From contig OZ059897.1 of assembly GCA_964057225.1 (NCBI GenBank), positions 21,390,001 to 21,454,000 of the forward strand: DNA of 64,000 nt, read 5' to 3'. Position numbers and translations under genes: made by a program. Positions 30,001-44,639 of the stretch are shown here, piece after piece. The notes below the pieces were generated by a model. That model ran no database searches, had not been told where the DNA came from, and saw nothing but the letters and a program-made list of their open reading frames with translations. The stretch is from Auanema rhodensis. Its lineage: Eukaryota; Animalia; Nematoda. Position 1 is the first letter of the stretch; each line of letters starts with the position of its first letter.

Positions 30001-33000
30001 CTAAAAACAAATTTTTATCGATATTGGTTCATGGTAACCATGACTTTGAAATTTACGTGAACTTTAATTTATGCTAATTAAATGTACACGTGATGTGCAC
30101 TTGGTATGTAACTCGCTTCACGTGAAAGATAAAGAGATGCGGTTTTCAAAATTAGATTCCCCATGTCCATATTAGTCTAAAAACAAATTTTTATTGATAT
30201 TGGTGCATGGTAACCATGACTTTGAAATTTACGTGAACTTTAATTTATGCTAATTAAATGTACACGTGATGTGCACTTGGTATGTAACTCGCTTCACGAG
30301 AAAGATAAAGAGATGCGGTTTTCAAAATTAGATTCCCCATGTCCATATTAGTCTAAAAACAAATTTTTATTGATATTGGTTCATGGTAACCATGACTTTG
30401 AAATTTACGTGAACTTTAATTTATGCTAATTAAATGTACACGTGATGTGCACTTGGTATGTAACTCGCTTCACGTGAAAGATAAAGAGATGCGGTTTTCA
30501 AAATTAGATTCCCCATGTCCATATTAGTCTAAAAACAAATTTTTATTGATATTGGTTCATGGTAACCATGACTTTGAAATTTACGTGAACTTTAATTTAT
30601 GCTAATTAAATGTACACGTGATGTGCACTTGGTATGTAACTCACTTCACGTGAAAGATAAAGAGATGCGGTTTTCAAAATTAGATTCCCCATGTTCATAT
30701 TAGTCTAAAAACAAATTTTTATCGATATTGGTTCATGGTAACCATGACTTTGAAATTTACGTGAACTTTAATTTATGCTAATTAAATGTACACGTGATGT
30801 GCACTTGGTATGTAACTCGCTTCACGTGAAAGATAAAGAGATTCGGTTTTCAAAATTAGATTCCCCATGTCCATATTAGTCTAAAAACAAATTTTTATCG
30901 ATATTGGTTCATGGTAACCATGACTTTGAAATTTACGTGAACTTTAATTTATGCTAATTAAATGTACACGTGATGTGCACTTGGTATGTAACTCGCTTCA
31001 CGTGTAAGATAAAGAGATGCGGTTTTCAAAATTAGATTCCCCATGTCCATATTAGTCTAAAAACAAATTTTTATTGATATTGGTGCATGGTAACCATGAC
31101 TTTGAAATTTACGTGAACTTTAATTTATGCTAATTAAATGTACACGTGATGTGCACTTGGTATGTAACTCGCTTCACGTAAAAGATAAAGAGATTCGGTT
31201 TTCAAAATTAGATTCCCCATGTCCATATTAGTCTAAAAACAAATTTTTATTGATATTGGTTCATGGTAACCATGACTTTGAAATTTACGTGAACTTTAAT
31301 TTATGCTAATTAAATGTACACGTGATGTGCACTTGGTATGTAACTCGCTTCACGTGAAAGATAAAGAGATGCGGTTTTCAAAATTAGATTCCCCATGTCC
31401 ATATTAGTCTAAAAACAAATTTTTATCGATATTGGTTCATGGTAACCATGACTTTGAAATTTACGTGAACTTTAATTTATGCTAATTAAATGTACACGTG
31501 ATGTGCACTTGGTATGTAACTCGCTTCACGTGAAAGATAAAGAGATGCGGTTTTCAAAATTATATTCCCCATGTCCATATTAGTCTGAAAACAAATTTTT
31601 ATTGATATTGGTGCATGGTAACCATGACTTTGAAATTTACGTGAACTTTAATTTATGCTAATTAAATGTACACGTGATGTGCACTTGGTATGGAACTCGC
31701 TTCACGTGAAAGATAAAGAGATGCGGTTTTCAAAATTAGATTCCCCATGTCCATATTAGTCTAAAAACAAATTTTTATTGATATTGGTTCATGGTAACCA
31801 TGACTTTGAAATTTACGTGAACTTTAATTTATGCTAATTAAATGTACACGTGATGTGCACTTGGTATGTAACTCGCTTCACGTGAAAGATAAAGAGATTC
31901 GGTTTTCAAAATTAGATTCCCCATGTCCATATTAGTCTAAAAACAAATTTTTATCGATATTGGTTCATGGTAACCATGACTTTGAAATTTACGTGAACTT
32001 TAATTTATGCTAATTAAATGTACACGTGATGTGCACTTGGTATGTAACTCGCTTCACGTGTAAGATAAAGAGATGCGGTTTTCAAAATTAGATTCCCCAT
32101 GTCCATATTAGTCTAAAAACAAATTTTTATTGATATTGGTGCATGGTAACCATGACTTTGAAATTTACGTGAACTTTAATTTATGCTAATTAAATGTACA
32201 CGTGATGTGCACTTGGTATGTAACTCGCTTCACGAGAAAGATAAAGAGATGCGGTTTTCAAAATTAGATTCCCCATGTCCATATTAGTCTAAAAACAAAT
32301 TTTTATTGATATTGGTTCATGGTAACCATGACTTTGAAATTTACGTGAACTTTAATTTATGCTAATTAAATGTACACGTGATGTGCACTTGGTATGTAAC
32401 TCGCTTCACGAGAAAGATAAAGAGATGCGGTTTTCAAAATTATATTCCCCATGTCCATATTAGTCTGAAAACAAATTTTTATTGATATTGGTGCATGGTA
32501 ACCATGACTTTGAAATTTACGTGAACTTTAATTTATGCTAATTAAATGTACACGTGATGTGCACTTGGTATGGAACTCGCTTCACGTGAAAGATAAAGAG
32601 ATGCGGTTTTCAAAATTAGATTCCCCATGTCCATATTAGTCTAAAAACAAATTTTTATTGATATTGGTTCATGGTAACCATGACTTTGAAATTTACGTGA
32701 ACTTTAATTTATGCTAATTAAATGTACACGTGATGTGCACTTGGTATGTAACTCGCTTCACGTGAAAGATAAAGAGATTCGGTTTTCAAAATTAGATTCC
32801 CCATGTCCATATTAGTCTAAAAACAAATTTTTATCGATATTGGTTCATGGTAACCATGACTTTGAAATTTACGTGAACTTTAATTTATGCTAATTAAATG
32901 TACACGTGATGTGCACTTGGTATGTAACTCGCTTCACGTGTAAGATAAAGAGATGCGGTTTTCAAAATTAGATTCCCCATGTCCATATTAGTCTAAAAAC

Positions 33001-36000
33001 AAATTTTTATTGATATTGGTGCATGGTAACCATGACTTTGAAATTTACGTGAACTTTAATTTATGCTAATTAAATGTACACGTGATGTGCACTTGGTATG
33101 TAACTCGCTTCACGAGAAAGATAAAGAGATGCGGTTTTCAAAATTAGATTCCCCATGTCCATATTAGTCTAAAAACAAATTTTTATTGATATTGGTTCAT
33201 GGTAACCATGACTTTGAAATTTACGTGAACTTTAATTTATGCTAATTAAATGTACACGTGATGTGCACTTGGTATGTAACTCGCTTCACGTGAAAGATAA
33301 AGAGATTCGGTTTTCAAAATTAGATTCCCCATGTCCATATTAGTCTAAAAACAAATTTTTATTGATATTGGTGCATGGTAACCATGACTTTGAAATTTAC
33401 GTGAACTTTAATTTATGCTAATTAAATGTACACGTGATGTGCACTTGGTATGTAACTCGCTTCACGAGAAAGATAAAGAGATGCGGTTTTCAAAATTAGA
33501 TTCCCCATGTCCATATTAGTCTAAAAACAAATTTTTATTGATATTGGTTCATGGTAACCATGACTTTGAAATTTACGTGAACTTTAATTTATGCTAATTA
33601 AATGTACACGTGATGTGCACTTGGTATGTAACTCGCTTCACGTGAAAGATAAAGAGATGCGGTTTTCAAAATTAGATTCCCCATGTCCATATTAGTCTAA
33701 AAACAAATTTTTATTGATATTGGTTCATGGTAACCATGACTTTGAAATTTACGTGAACTTTAATTTATGCTAATTAAATGTACACGTGATGTGCACTTGG
33801 TATGTAACTCGCTTCACGTGAAAGATAAAGAGATGCGGTTTTCAAAATTAGATTCCCCATGTCCATATTAGTCTAAAAACAAATTTTTATCGATATTGGT
33901 TCATGGTAACCATGACTTTGAAATTTACGTGAACTTTAATTTATGCTAATTAAATGTACACGTGATGTGCACTTGGTATGTAACTCGCTTCACGTGAAAG
34001 ATAAAGAGATGCGGTTTTCAAAATTAGATTCCCCATGTCCATATTAGTCTAAAAACAAATTTTTATTGATATTGGTTCATGGTAACCATGACTTTGAAAT
34101 TTACGTGAACTTTAATTTATGCTAATTAAATGTACACGTGATGTGCACTTGGTATGTAACTCGCTCCACGTGAAAGATAAAAAGATGCGGTTTTCAAAAT
34201 TAGATTCCCCATGTCCATATTAGTCTAAAAACAAATTTTTATTGATATTGGTTCATGGTAACCATGACTTTGAAATTTACGTGAACTTTAATTTATGCTA
34301 ATTAAATGTACACGTGATGTGCACTTGGTATGTAACTCGCTTCACGTGAAAGATAAAGAGATGCGGTTTTCAAAATTAGATTCCCCATGTCCATATTAGT
34401 CTAAAAACAAATTTTTATTGATATTGGTTCATGGTAACCATGACTTTGAAATTTACGTGAACTTTATTTTATGCTAATTAAATGTACACGTGATGTGCAC
34501 TTGGTATGTAACTCGCTTCACGTGAAAGATAAAGAGATGCGGTTTTCAAAATTAGATTCCCCATGTCCATATTAGTCTAAAAACAAATTTTTATTGATAT
34601 TGGTGCATGGTAACCATGACTTTGAAATTTACGTGAACTTTAATTTATGCTAATTAAATGTACACGTGATGTGCACTTGGTATGTAACTCGCTTCACGTA
34701 AAAGATGAAGAGATGCGGTTTTCAAAATTAGATTCCTCATGTCCATATTAGTCTAAAAACAAATTTTTATTGATATTGGTTCATGGTAACCATGACTTTG
34801 AAATTTACGTGAACTTTAATTTATGCTAATTAAATGTACACGTGATGTGCACTTGGTATGTAACTCGCTTCACGTGAAAGATCAAGAGATGCGGTTTTCA
34901 AAATTAGATTCCCCATGTCCATATTAGTCTAAAAACAAATTTTTATTGATATTGGTTCATGGTAACCATGACTTTGAAATTTACGTGAACTTTAATTTAT
35001 GCTAATTAAATGTACACGTGACGTGCACTTGGTATGTAACTCGCTCCACGTGAAAGATAAAGAGATGCGGTTTTCAAAATTAGATTCCCCATGTCCATAT
35101 TAGTCTAAAAACAAATTTTTATTGATATTGGTGCATGGTAACCATGACTTTGAAATTTACGTGAACTTTAATTTATGCTAATTAAATGTACACGTGATGT
35201 GCACTTGGTATGTAACTCGCTTCACGTAAAAGATAAAGAGATGCGGTTTTCAAAATTAGATTCCCCATGTCCATATTAGTCTAAAAACAAATTTTTATTG
35301 ATATTGGTTCATGGTAACCATGACTTTGAAATTTACGTGAACTTTAATTTATGCTAATTAAATGTACACGTGATGTGCACTTGGTATGTAACTCGCTTCA
35401 CGTGAAAGATAAAGAGATGCGGTTTTCAAAATTAGATTCCCCGTGTCCATATTAGTCTAAAAACAAATTTTTATTGATATTGGTGCATGGTAACCATAAC
35501 TTTGAAATTTACGTGAACTTTAATTTATGCTAATTAAATGTACACGTGATGTGCACTTGGTATGGAACTCGCTTCACGTGAAAGATAAAGAGATGCGGTT
35601 TTCAAAATTAGATTCCCCATGTCCATATTAGTCTAAAAACAAATTTTTATTGATATTGGTTCATGGTAACCATGACTTTGAAATTTACGTGAACTTTAAT
35701 TTATGCTAATTAAATGTACACGTGATGTGCACTTGGTATGTAACTCGCTTCACGTGAAAGATAAAGAGATTCGGTTTTCAAAATTAGATTCCCCATGTCC
35801 ATATTAGTCTAAAAACAAATTTTTATTGATATTGGTGCATGGTAACCATGACTTTGAAATTTACGTGAACTTTAATTTATGCTAATTAAATGTACACGTG
35901 ATGTGCACTTGGTATGTAACTCGCTTCACGAGAAAGATAAAGAGATGCGGTTTTCAAAATTAGATTCCCCATGTCCATATTAGTCTAAAAACAAATTTTT

Positions 36001-36606
36001 ATTGATATTGGTTCATGGTAACCATGACTTTGAAATTTACGTGAACTTTAATTTATGCTAATTAAATGTACACGTGATGTGCACTTGGTATGTAACTCGC
36101 TTCACGTGAAAGATAAAGAGATGCGGTTTTCAAAATTAGATTCCCCATGTCCATATTAGTCTAAAAACAAATTTTTATCGATATTGGTTCATGGTAACCA
36201 TGACTTTGAAATTTACGTGAACTTTAATTTATGCTAATTAAATGTACATGTGATGTGCACTTGGTATGTAACTCGCTTCACGTGAAAGATAAAGAGATGC
36301 GGTTTTCAAAATTAGATTCCCCATGTCCATATTAGTCTAAAAACAAATTTTTATTGATATTGGTTCATGGTAACCATGACTTTGAAATTTACGTGAACTT
36401 TAATTTATGCTAAATAAATGTACACGTGATGTGCACTTGGTATGTAACTCGCTTCACGTGAAAGATAAAGAGATGCGGTTTTCAAAATTAGATTCCCCAT
36501 GTCCATATTAGTCTAAAAACAAATTTTTATTGATATTGGTTCATGGTAACCATGACTTTGAAATTTACGTGAACTTTAATTTATGCTAATTAAATGTACA
36601 CGTGAT

Positions 36607-36894
36607 GTGCACTTGGTATGTAACTCGCTTCACGTGAAAGATAAAGAGATGCGGTTTTCAAAATTAGATTCCCCATGTCCATATTAGTCTAAAAACAAAT
36701 TTTTATCGATATTGGTTCATGGTAACCATGACTTTGAAATTTACGTGAACTTTAATTTTATTAGATTTTGAAAAATTAGATTCCCCATGTCCATATTAGT
36801 CTAAAAACAAATTTTTATTGATATTGGTGCATGGTAACCATGACTTTGAAATTTACGTGAACTTTAATTTATGCTAATTAAATGTACACGTGAT
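36607..36894 (+). repeat. Fused 288-bp dimer: 77-bp deletion with 13-nt filler (net -64 bp)
   Basis: ...GAACTTTAATTT[TATTAGATTTTGA]AAAATTAGATTCCCC...; consecutive GTGCAC at 36607 and 36895 are 288 = 352-64 apart. Confidence 0.95.
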
Positions 36895-39800
36895 GTGCAC
36901 TTGGTATGTAACTCGCTTCACGTAAAAGATAAAGAGATGCGGTTTTCAAAATTAGATTCCCCATGTCCATATTAGTCTAAAAACAAATTTTTATTGATAT
37001 TGGTTCATGGTAACCATGACTTTGAAATTTACGTGAACTTTAATTTATGCTAATTAAATGTACACGTGATGTGCACTTGGTATGTAACTCGCTTCACGTG
37101 AAAGATAAAGAGATGCGGTTTTCAAAATTAGATTCCCCGTGTCCATATTAGTCTAAAAACAAATTTTTATTGATATTGGTGCATGGTAACCATGACTTTG
37201 AAATTTACGTGAACTTTAATTTATGCTAATTAAATGTACACGTGATGTGCACTTGGTATGTAACTCGCTTCACGTAAAAGATAAAGAGATGCGGTTTTCA
37301 AAATTAGATTCCCCATGTCCATATTAGTCTAAAAACAAATTTTTATTGATATTGGTTCATGGTAACCATGACTTTGAAATTTACGTGAACTTTAATTTAT
37401 GCTAATTAAATGTACACGTGATGTGCACTTGGTATGTAACTCGCTTCACGTGAAAGATAAAGAGATGCGGTTTTCAAAATTAGATTCCCCGTGTCCATAT
37501 TAGTCTAAAAACAAATTTTTATTGATATTGGTGCATGGTAACCATGACTTTGAAATTTACGTGAACTTTAATTTATGCTAATTAAATGTACACGTGATGT
37601 GCACTTGGTATGGAACTCGCTTCACGTGAAAGATAAAGAGATGCGGTTTTCAAAATTAGATTCCCCATGTCCATATTAGTCTAAAAACAAATTTTTATTG
37701 ATATTGGTTCATGGTAACCATGACTTTGAAATTTACGTGAACTTTAATTTATGCTAATTAAATGTACACGTGATGTGCACTTGGTATGTAACTCGCTTCA
37801 CGTGAAAGATAAAGAGATTCGGTTTTCAAAATTAGATTCCCCATGTCCATATTAGTCTAAAAACAAATTTTTATTGATATTGGTGCATGGTAACCATGAC
37901 TTTGAAATTTACGTGAACTTTAATTTATGCTAATTAAATGTACACGTGATGTGCACTTGGTATGTAACTCGCTTCACGAGAAAGATAAAGAGATGCGGTT
38001 TTCAAAATTAGATTCCCCATGTCCATATTAGTCTAAAAACAAATTTTTATTGATATTGGTTCATGGTAACCATGACTTTGAAATTTACGTGAACTTTAAT
38101 TTATGCTAATTAAATGTACACGTGATGTGCACTTGGTATGTAACTCGCTTCACGTGAAAGATAAAGAGATGCGGTTTTCAAAATTAGATTCCCCATGTCC
38201 ATATTAGTCTAAAAACAAATTTTTATCGATATTGGTTCATGGTAACCATGACTTTGAAATTTACGTGAACTTTAATTTATGCTAATTAAATGTACATGTG
38301 ATGTGCACTTGGTATGTAACTCGCTTCACGTGAAAGATAAAGAGATGCGGTTTTCAAAATTAGATTCCCCATGTCCATATTAGTCTAAAAACAAATTTTT
38401 ATTGATATTGGTTCATGGTAACCATGACTTTGAAATTTACGTGAACTTTAATTTATGCTAAATAAATGTACACGTGATGTGCACTTGGTATGTAACTCGC
38501 TTCACGTGAAAGATAAAGAGATGCGGTTTTCAAAATTAGATTCCCCATGTCCATATTAGTCTAAAAACAAATTTTTATTGATATTGGTTCATGGTAACCA
38601 TGACTTTGAAATTTACGTGAACTTTAATTTATGCTAATTAAATGTACACGTGATGTGCACTTGGTATGTAACTCGCTTCACGTGAAAGATAAAGAGATGC
38701 GGTTTTCAAAATTAGATTCCCCATGTCCATATTAGTCTAAAAACAAATTTTTATCGATATTGGTTCATGGTAACCATGACTTTGAAATTTACGTGAACTT
38801 TAATTTATGCTAATTAAATGTACACGTGATGTGCACTTGGTATGTAACTCGCTTCACGTGAAAGATAAAGAGATGCGGTTTTCAAAATTAGATTCCCCAT
38901 GTCCATATTAGTCTAAAAACAAATTTTTATTGATATTGGTGCATGGTAACCATGACTTTGAAATTTACGTGAACTTTAATTTATGCTAATTAAATGTACA
39001 CGTGATGTGCACTTGGTATGTAACTTGCTTCACGTGAAAGATAAAGAGATGCGGTTTTCAAAATTAGATTCCCCATGTCCATATTAGTCTAAAAACAAAT
39101 TTTTATTGATATTGGTTCATGGTAACCATGACTTTGAAATTTACGTGAACTTTAATTTATGCTAATTAAATGTACACGTGATGTGCACTTGGTATGTAAC
39201 TCGCTTCACGTGAAAGATAAAGAGATGCGGTTTTCAAAATTAGATTCCCCATGTCCATATTAGTCTAAAAACAAATTTTTATCGATATTGGTTCATGGTA
39301 ACCATGACTTTGAAATTTACGTGAACTTTAATTTATGCTAATTAAATGTACATGTGATGTGCACTTGGTATGTAACTCGCTTCACGTGAAAGATAAAGAG
39401 ATGCGGTTTTCAAAATTAGATTCCCCATGTCCATATTAGTCTAAAAACAAATTTTTATTGATATTGGTTCATGGTAACCATGACTTTGAAATTTACGTGA
39501 ACTTTAATTTATGCTAAATAAATGTACACGTGATGTGCACTTGGTATGTAACTCGCTTCACGTGAAAGATAAAGAGATGCGGTTTTCAAAATTAGATTCC
39601 CCATGTCCATATTAGTCTAAAAACAAATTTTTATTGATATTGGTTCATGGTAACCATGACTTTGAAATTTACGTGAACTTTAATTTATGCTAATTAAATG
39701 TACACGTGATGTGCACTTGGTATGTAACTCGCTTCACGTGAAAGATAAAGAGATGCGGTTTTCAAAATTAGATTCCCCATGTCCATATTAGTCTAAAAAC

Positions 39801-42800
39801 AAATTTTTATCGATATTGGTTCATGGTAACCATGACTTTGAAATTTACGTGAACTTTAATTTATGCTAATTAAATGTACATGTGATGTGCACTTGGTATG
39901 TAACTCGCTTCACGTGAAAGATAAAGAGATGCGGTTTTCAAAATTAGATTCCCCATGTCCATATTAGTCTAAAAACAAATTTTTATTGATATTGGTTCAT
40001 GGTAACCATGACTTTGAAATTTACGTGAACTTTAATTTATGCTAAATAAATGTACACGTGATGTGCACTTGGTATGTAACTCGCTTCACGTGAAAGATAA
40101 AGAGATGCGGTTTTCAAAATTAGATTCCCCATGTCCATATTAGTCTAAAAACAAATTTTTATTGATATTGGTTCATGGTAACCATGACTTTGAAATTTAC
40201 GTGAACTTTAATTTATGCTAATTAAATGTACACGTGATGTGCACTTGGTATGTAACTCGCTTCACGTGAAAGATAAAGAGATGCGGTTTTCAAAATTAGA
40301 TTCCCCATGTCCATATTAGTCTAAAAACAAATTTTTATCGATATTGGTTCATGGTAACCATGACTTTGAAATTTACGTGAACTTTAATTTATGCTAATTA
40401 AATGTACACGTGATGTGCACTTGGTATGTAACTCGCTTCACGTGAAAGATAAAGAGATGCGGTTTTCAAAATTAGATTCCCCATGTCCATATTAGTCTAA
40501 AAACAAATTTTTATTGATATTGGTGCATGGTAACCATGACTTTGAAATTTACGTGAACTTTAATTTATGCTAATTAAATGTACACGTGATGTGCACTTGG
40601 TATGTAACTTGCTTCACGTGAAAGATAAAGAGATGCGGTTTTCAAAATTAGATTCCCCATGTCCATATTAGTCTAAAAACAAATTTTTATTGATATTGGT
40701 TCATGGTAACCATGACTTTGAAATTTACGTGAACTTTAATTTATGCTAATTAAATGTACACGTGATGTGCACTTGGTATGTAACTCGCTTCACGTGAAAG
40801 ATAAAGAGATGCGGTTTTCAAAATTAGATTCCCCATGTCCATATTAGTCTAAAAACAAATTTTTATCGATATTGGTTCATGGTAACCATGACTTTGAAAT
40901 TTACGTGAACTTTAATTTATGCTAATTAAATGTACACGTGATGTGCACTTGGTATGTAACTCGCTTCACGTGAAAGATAAAGAGATGCGGTTTTCAAAAT
41001 TAGATTCCCCATGTCCATATTAGTCTAAAAACAAATTTTTATTGATATTGGTGCATGGTAACCATGACTTTGAAATTTACGTGAACTTTAATTTATGCTA
41101 ATTAAATGTACACGTGATGTGCACTTGGTATGTAACTTGCTTCACGTGAAAGATAAAGAGATGCGGTTTTCAAAATTAGATTCCCCATGTCCATATTAGT
41201 CTAAAAACAAATTTTTATTGATATTGGTTCATGGTAACCATGACTTTGAAATTTACGTGAACTTTAATTTATGCTAATTAAATGTACACGTGATGTGCAC
41301 TTGGTATGTAACTCGCTTCACGTGAAAGATAAAGAGATGCGGTTTTCAAAATTAGATTCCCCATGTCCATATTAGTCTAAAAACAAATTTTTATTGATAT
41401 TGGTGCATGGTAACCATGACTTTGAAATTTACGTGAACTTTAATTTATGCTAATTAAATGTACACGTGATGTGCACTTGGTATGTAACTCGCTTCACGTG
41501 AAAGATAAAGAGATGCGGTTTTCAAAATTAGATTCCCCATGTCCATATTAGTCTAAAAACAATTTTTTTTGATATTGGTGCATGGTAACCAAGACTTTGA
41601 AATTTACGTGAACTTTAATTTATGCTAATTAAATGTACACGTGATGTGCACTTGGTATGTAACTCGCTTCACGTGAAAGATAAAGAGATGCGGTTTTCAA
41701 AATTAGATTCCCCATGTCCATATTAGTCTAAAAACAAATTTTTATTGATATTGGTTCATGGTAACCATGACTTTGAAATTTACGTGAACTTTATTTTATG
41801 CTAATTAAATGTACACGTGATGTGCACTTGGTATGTAACTCGCTTCACGTGAAAGATAAAGAGATGCGGTTTTCAAAATTAGATTCCCCATGTCCATATT
41901 AGTCTAAAAACAAATTTTTATTGATATTGGTGCATGGTAACCATGACTTTGAAATTTACGTGAACTTTAATTTATGCTAATTAAATGTACACGTGATGTG
42001 CACTTGGTATGTAACTCGCTTCACGTAAAAGATGAAGAGATGCGGTTTTCAAAATTAGATTCCTCATGTCCATATTAGTCTAAAAACAAATTTTTATTGA
42101 TATTGGTGCATGGTAACCATGACTTTGAAATTTACGTGAACTTTAATTTATGCTAATTAAATGTACACGTGATGTGCACTTGGTATGTAACTCGCTTCAC
42201 GTGAAAGATCAAGAGATGCGGTTTTCAAAATTAGATTCCCCATGTCCATATTAGTCTAAAAACAAATTTTTATTGATATTGGTTCATGGTAACCATGACT
42301 TTGAAATTTACGTGAACTTTAATTTATGCTAATTAAATGTACACGTGATGTGCACTTGGTATGTAACTCGCTCCACGTGAAAGATAAAGAGATGCGGTTT
42401 TCAAAATTAGATTCCCCATGTCCATATTAGTCTAAAAACAAATTTTTATTGATATTGGTTCATGGTAACCATGACTTTGAAATTTACGTGAACTTTAATT
42501 TATGCTAATTAAATGTACACGTGATGTGTACTTGGTATGTAACTCGCTTCACGTGAAAGATAAAGAGATGCGGTTTTCAAAATTAGATTCCCCATGTCCA
42601 TATTAGTCTAAAAACAAATTTTTATTGATATTGGTTCATGGTAACCATGACTTTGAAATTTACGTGAACTTTATTTTATGCTAATTAAATGTACACGTGA
42701 TGTGCACTTGGTATGTAACTCGCTTCACGTGAAAGATAAAGAGATGCGGTTTTCAAAATTAGATTCCCCATGTCCATATTAGTCTAAAAACAAATTTTTA

Positions 42801-44639
42801 TTGATATTGGTGCATGGTAACCATGACTTTGAAATTTACGTGAACTTTAATTTATGCTAATTAAATGTACACGTGATGTGCACTTGGTATGTAACTCGCT
42901 TCACGTAAAAGATGAAGAGATGCGGTTTTCAAAATTAGATTCCTCATGTCCATATTAGTCTAAAAACAAATTTTTATTGATATTGGTGCATGGTAACCAT
43001 GACTTTGAAATTTACGTGAACTTTAATTTATGCTAATTAAATGTACACGTGATGTGCACTTGGTATGTAACTCGCTTCACGTGAAAGATCAAGAGATGCG
43101 GTTTTCAAAATTAGATTCCCCATGTCCATATTAGTCTAAAAACAAATTTTTATTGATATTGGTTCATGGTAACCATGACTTTGAAATTTACGTGAACTTT
43201 AATTTATGCTAATTAAATGTACACGTGATGTGCACTTGGTATGTAACTCGCTTCACGTGAAAGATCAAGAGATGCGGTTTTCAAAATTAGATTCTTCATG
43301 TCCATATTAGTCTAAAAACAAATTTTTATTGATATTGGTGCATGGTAACCATGACTTTGAAATTTACGTGAACTTTAATTTATGCTAATTAAATGTACAC
43401 GTGATGTGCACTTGGTATGTAACTCGCTCCACGTGAAAGATAAAGAGATGCGGTTTTCAAAATTAGATTCCCCATGTCCATATTAGTCTAAAAACAAATT
43501 TTTATTGATATTGGTGCATGGTAACCATGACTTTGAAATTTACGTGAACTTTAATTTATGCTAATTAAATGTACACGTGATGTGCACTTGGTATGTAACT
43601 CGCTTCACGTAAAAGATAAAGAGATGCGGTTTTCAAAATTAGATTCCCCATGTCCATATTAGTCTAAAAACAAATTTTTATTGATATTGGTTCATGGTAA
43701 CCATGACTTTGAAATTTACGTGAACTTTAATTTATGCTAATTAAATGTACACGTGATGTGCACTTGGTATGTAACTCGCTTCACGTGAAAGATAAAGAGA
43801 TGCGGTTTTCAAAATTAGATTCCCCATGTCCATATTAGTCTAAAAACAAATTTTTATTGATATTGGTGCATGGTAACCATGACTTTGAAATTTACGTGAA
43901 CTTTAATTTATGCTAATTAAATGTACACGTGATGTGCACTTGGTATGGAACTCGCTTCACGAGAAAGATAAAGAGATGCGGTTTTCAAAATTAGATTCCC
44001 CATGTCCATATTAGTCTAAAAACAAATTTTTATTGATATTGGTGCATGGTAACCATGACTTTGAAATTTACGTGAACTTTAATTTATGCTAATTAAATGT
44101 ACACGTGATGTGCACTTGGTATGGAACTCGCTTCACGTGAAAGATAAAGAGATTCGGTTTTCAAAATTAGATTCCCCATGTCCATATTAGTCTAAAAACA
44201 AATTTTTATTGATATTGGTGCATGGTAACCATGACTTTGAAATTTACGTGAACTTTAATTTATGCTAATTAAATGTACACGTGATGTGCACTTGGTATGT
44301 AACTCGCTTCACGTGAAGGATCAAGAGATGCGGTTTTCAAAATTAGATTCCCCATGTCCATATTAGTCTAAAAACAAATTTTTATTGATATTGGTGCATG
44401 GTAACCATAACTTTGAAATTTACGTGAACTTTAATTTATGCTAATTAAATGTACACGTGATGTGCACTTGGTATGTAACTCGCTCCACGTGAAAGATAAA
44501 GAGATGCGGTTTTCAAAATTAGATTCCCCATGTCCATATTAGTCTAAAAACAAATTTTTATTGATATTGGTGCATGGTAACCATGACTTTGAAATTTACG
44601 TGAACTTTAATTTATGCTAATTAAATGTACACGTGATGT

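Noticed and set aside
36759-36771. Transposon insertion or excision footprint
   Set aside because: No target-site duplication or terminal repeats. It accompanies a 77-bp loss and the filler is explained by flanking sequence.
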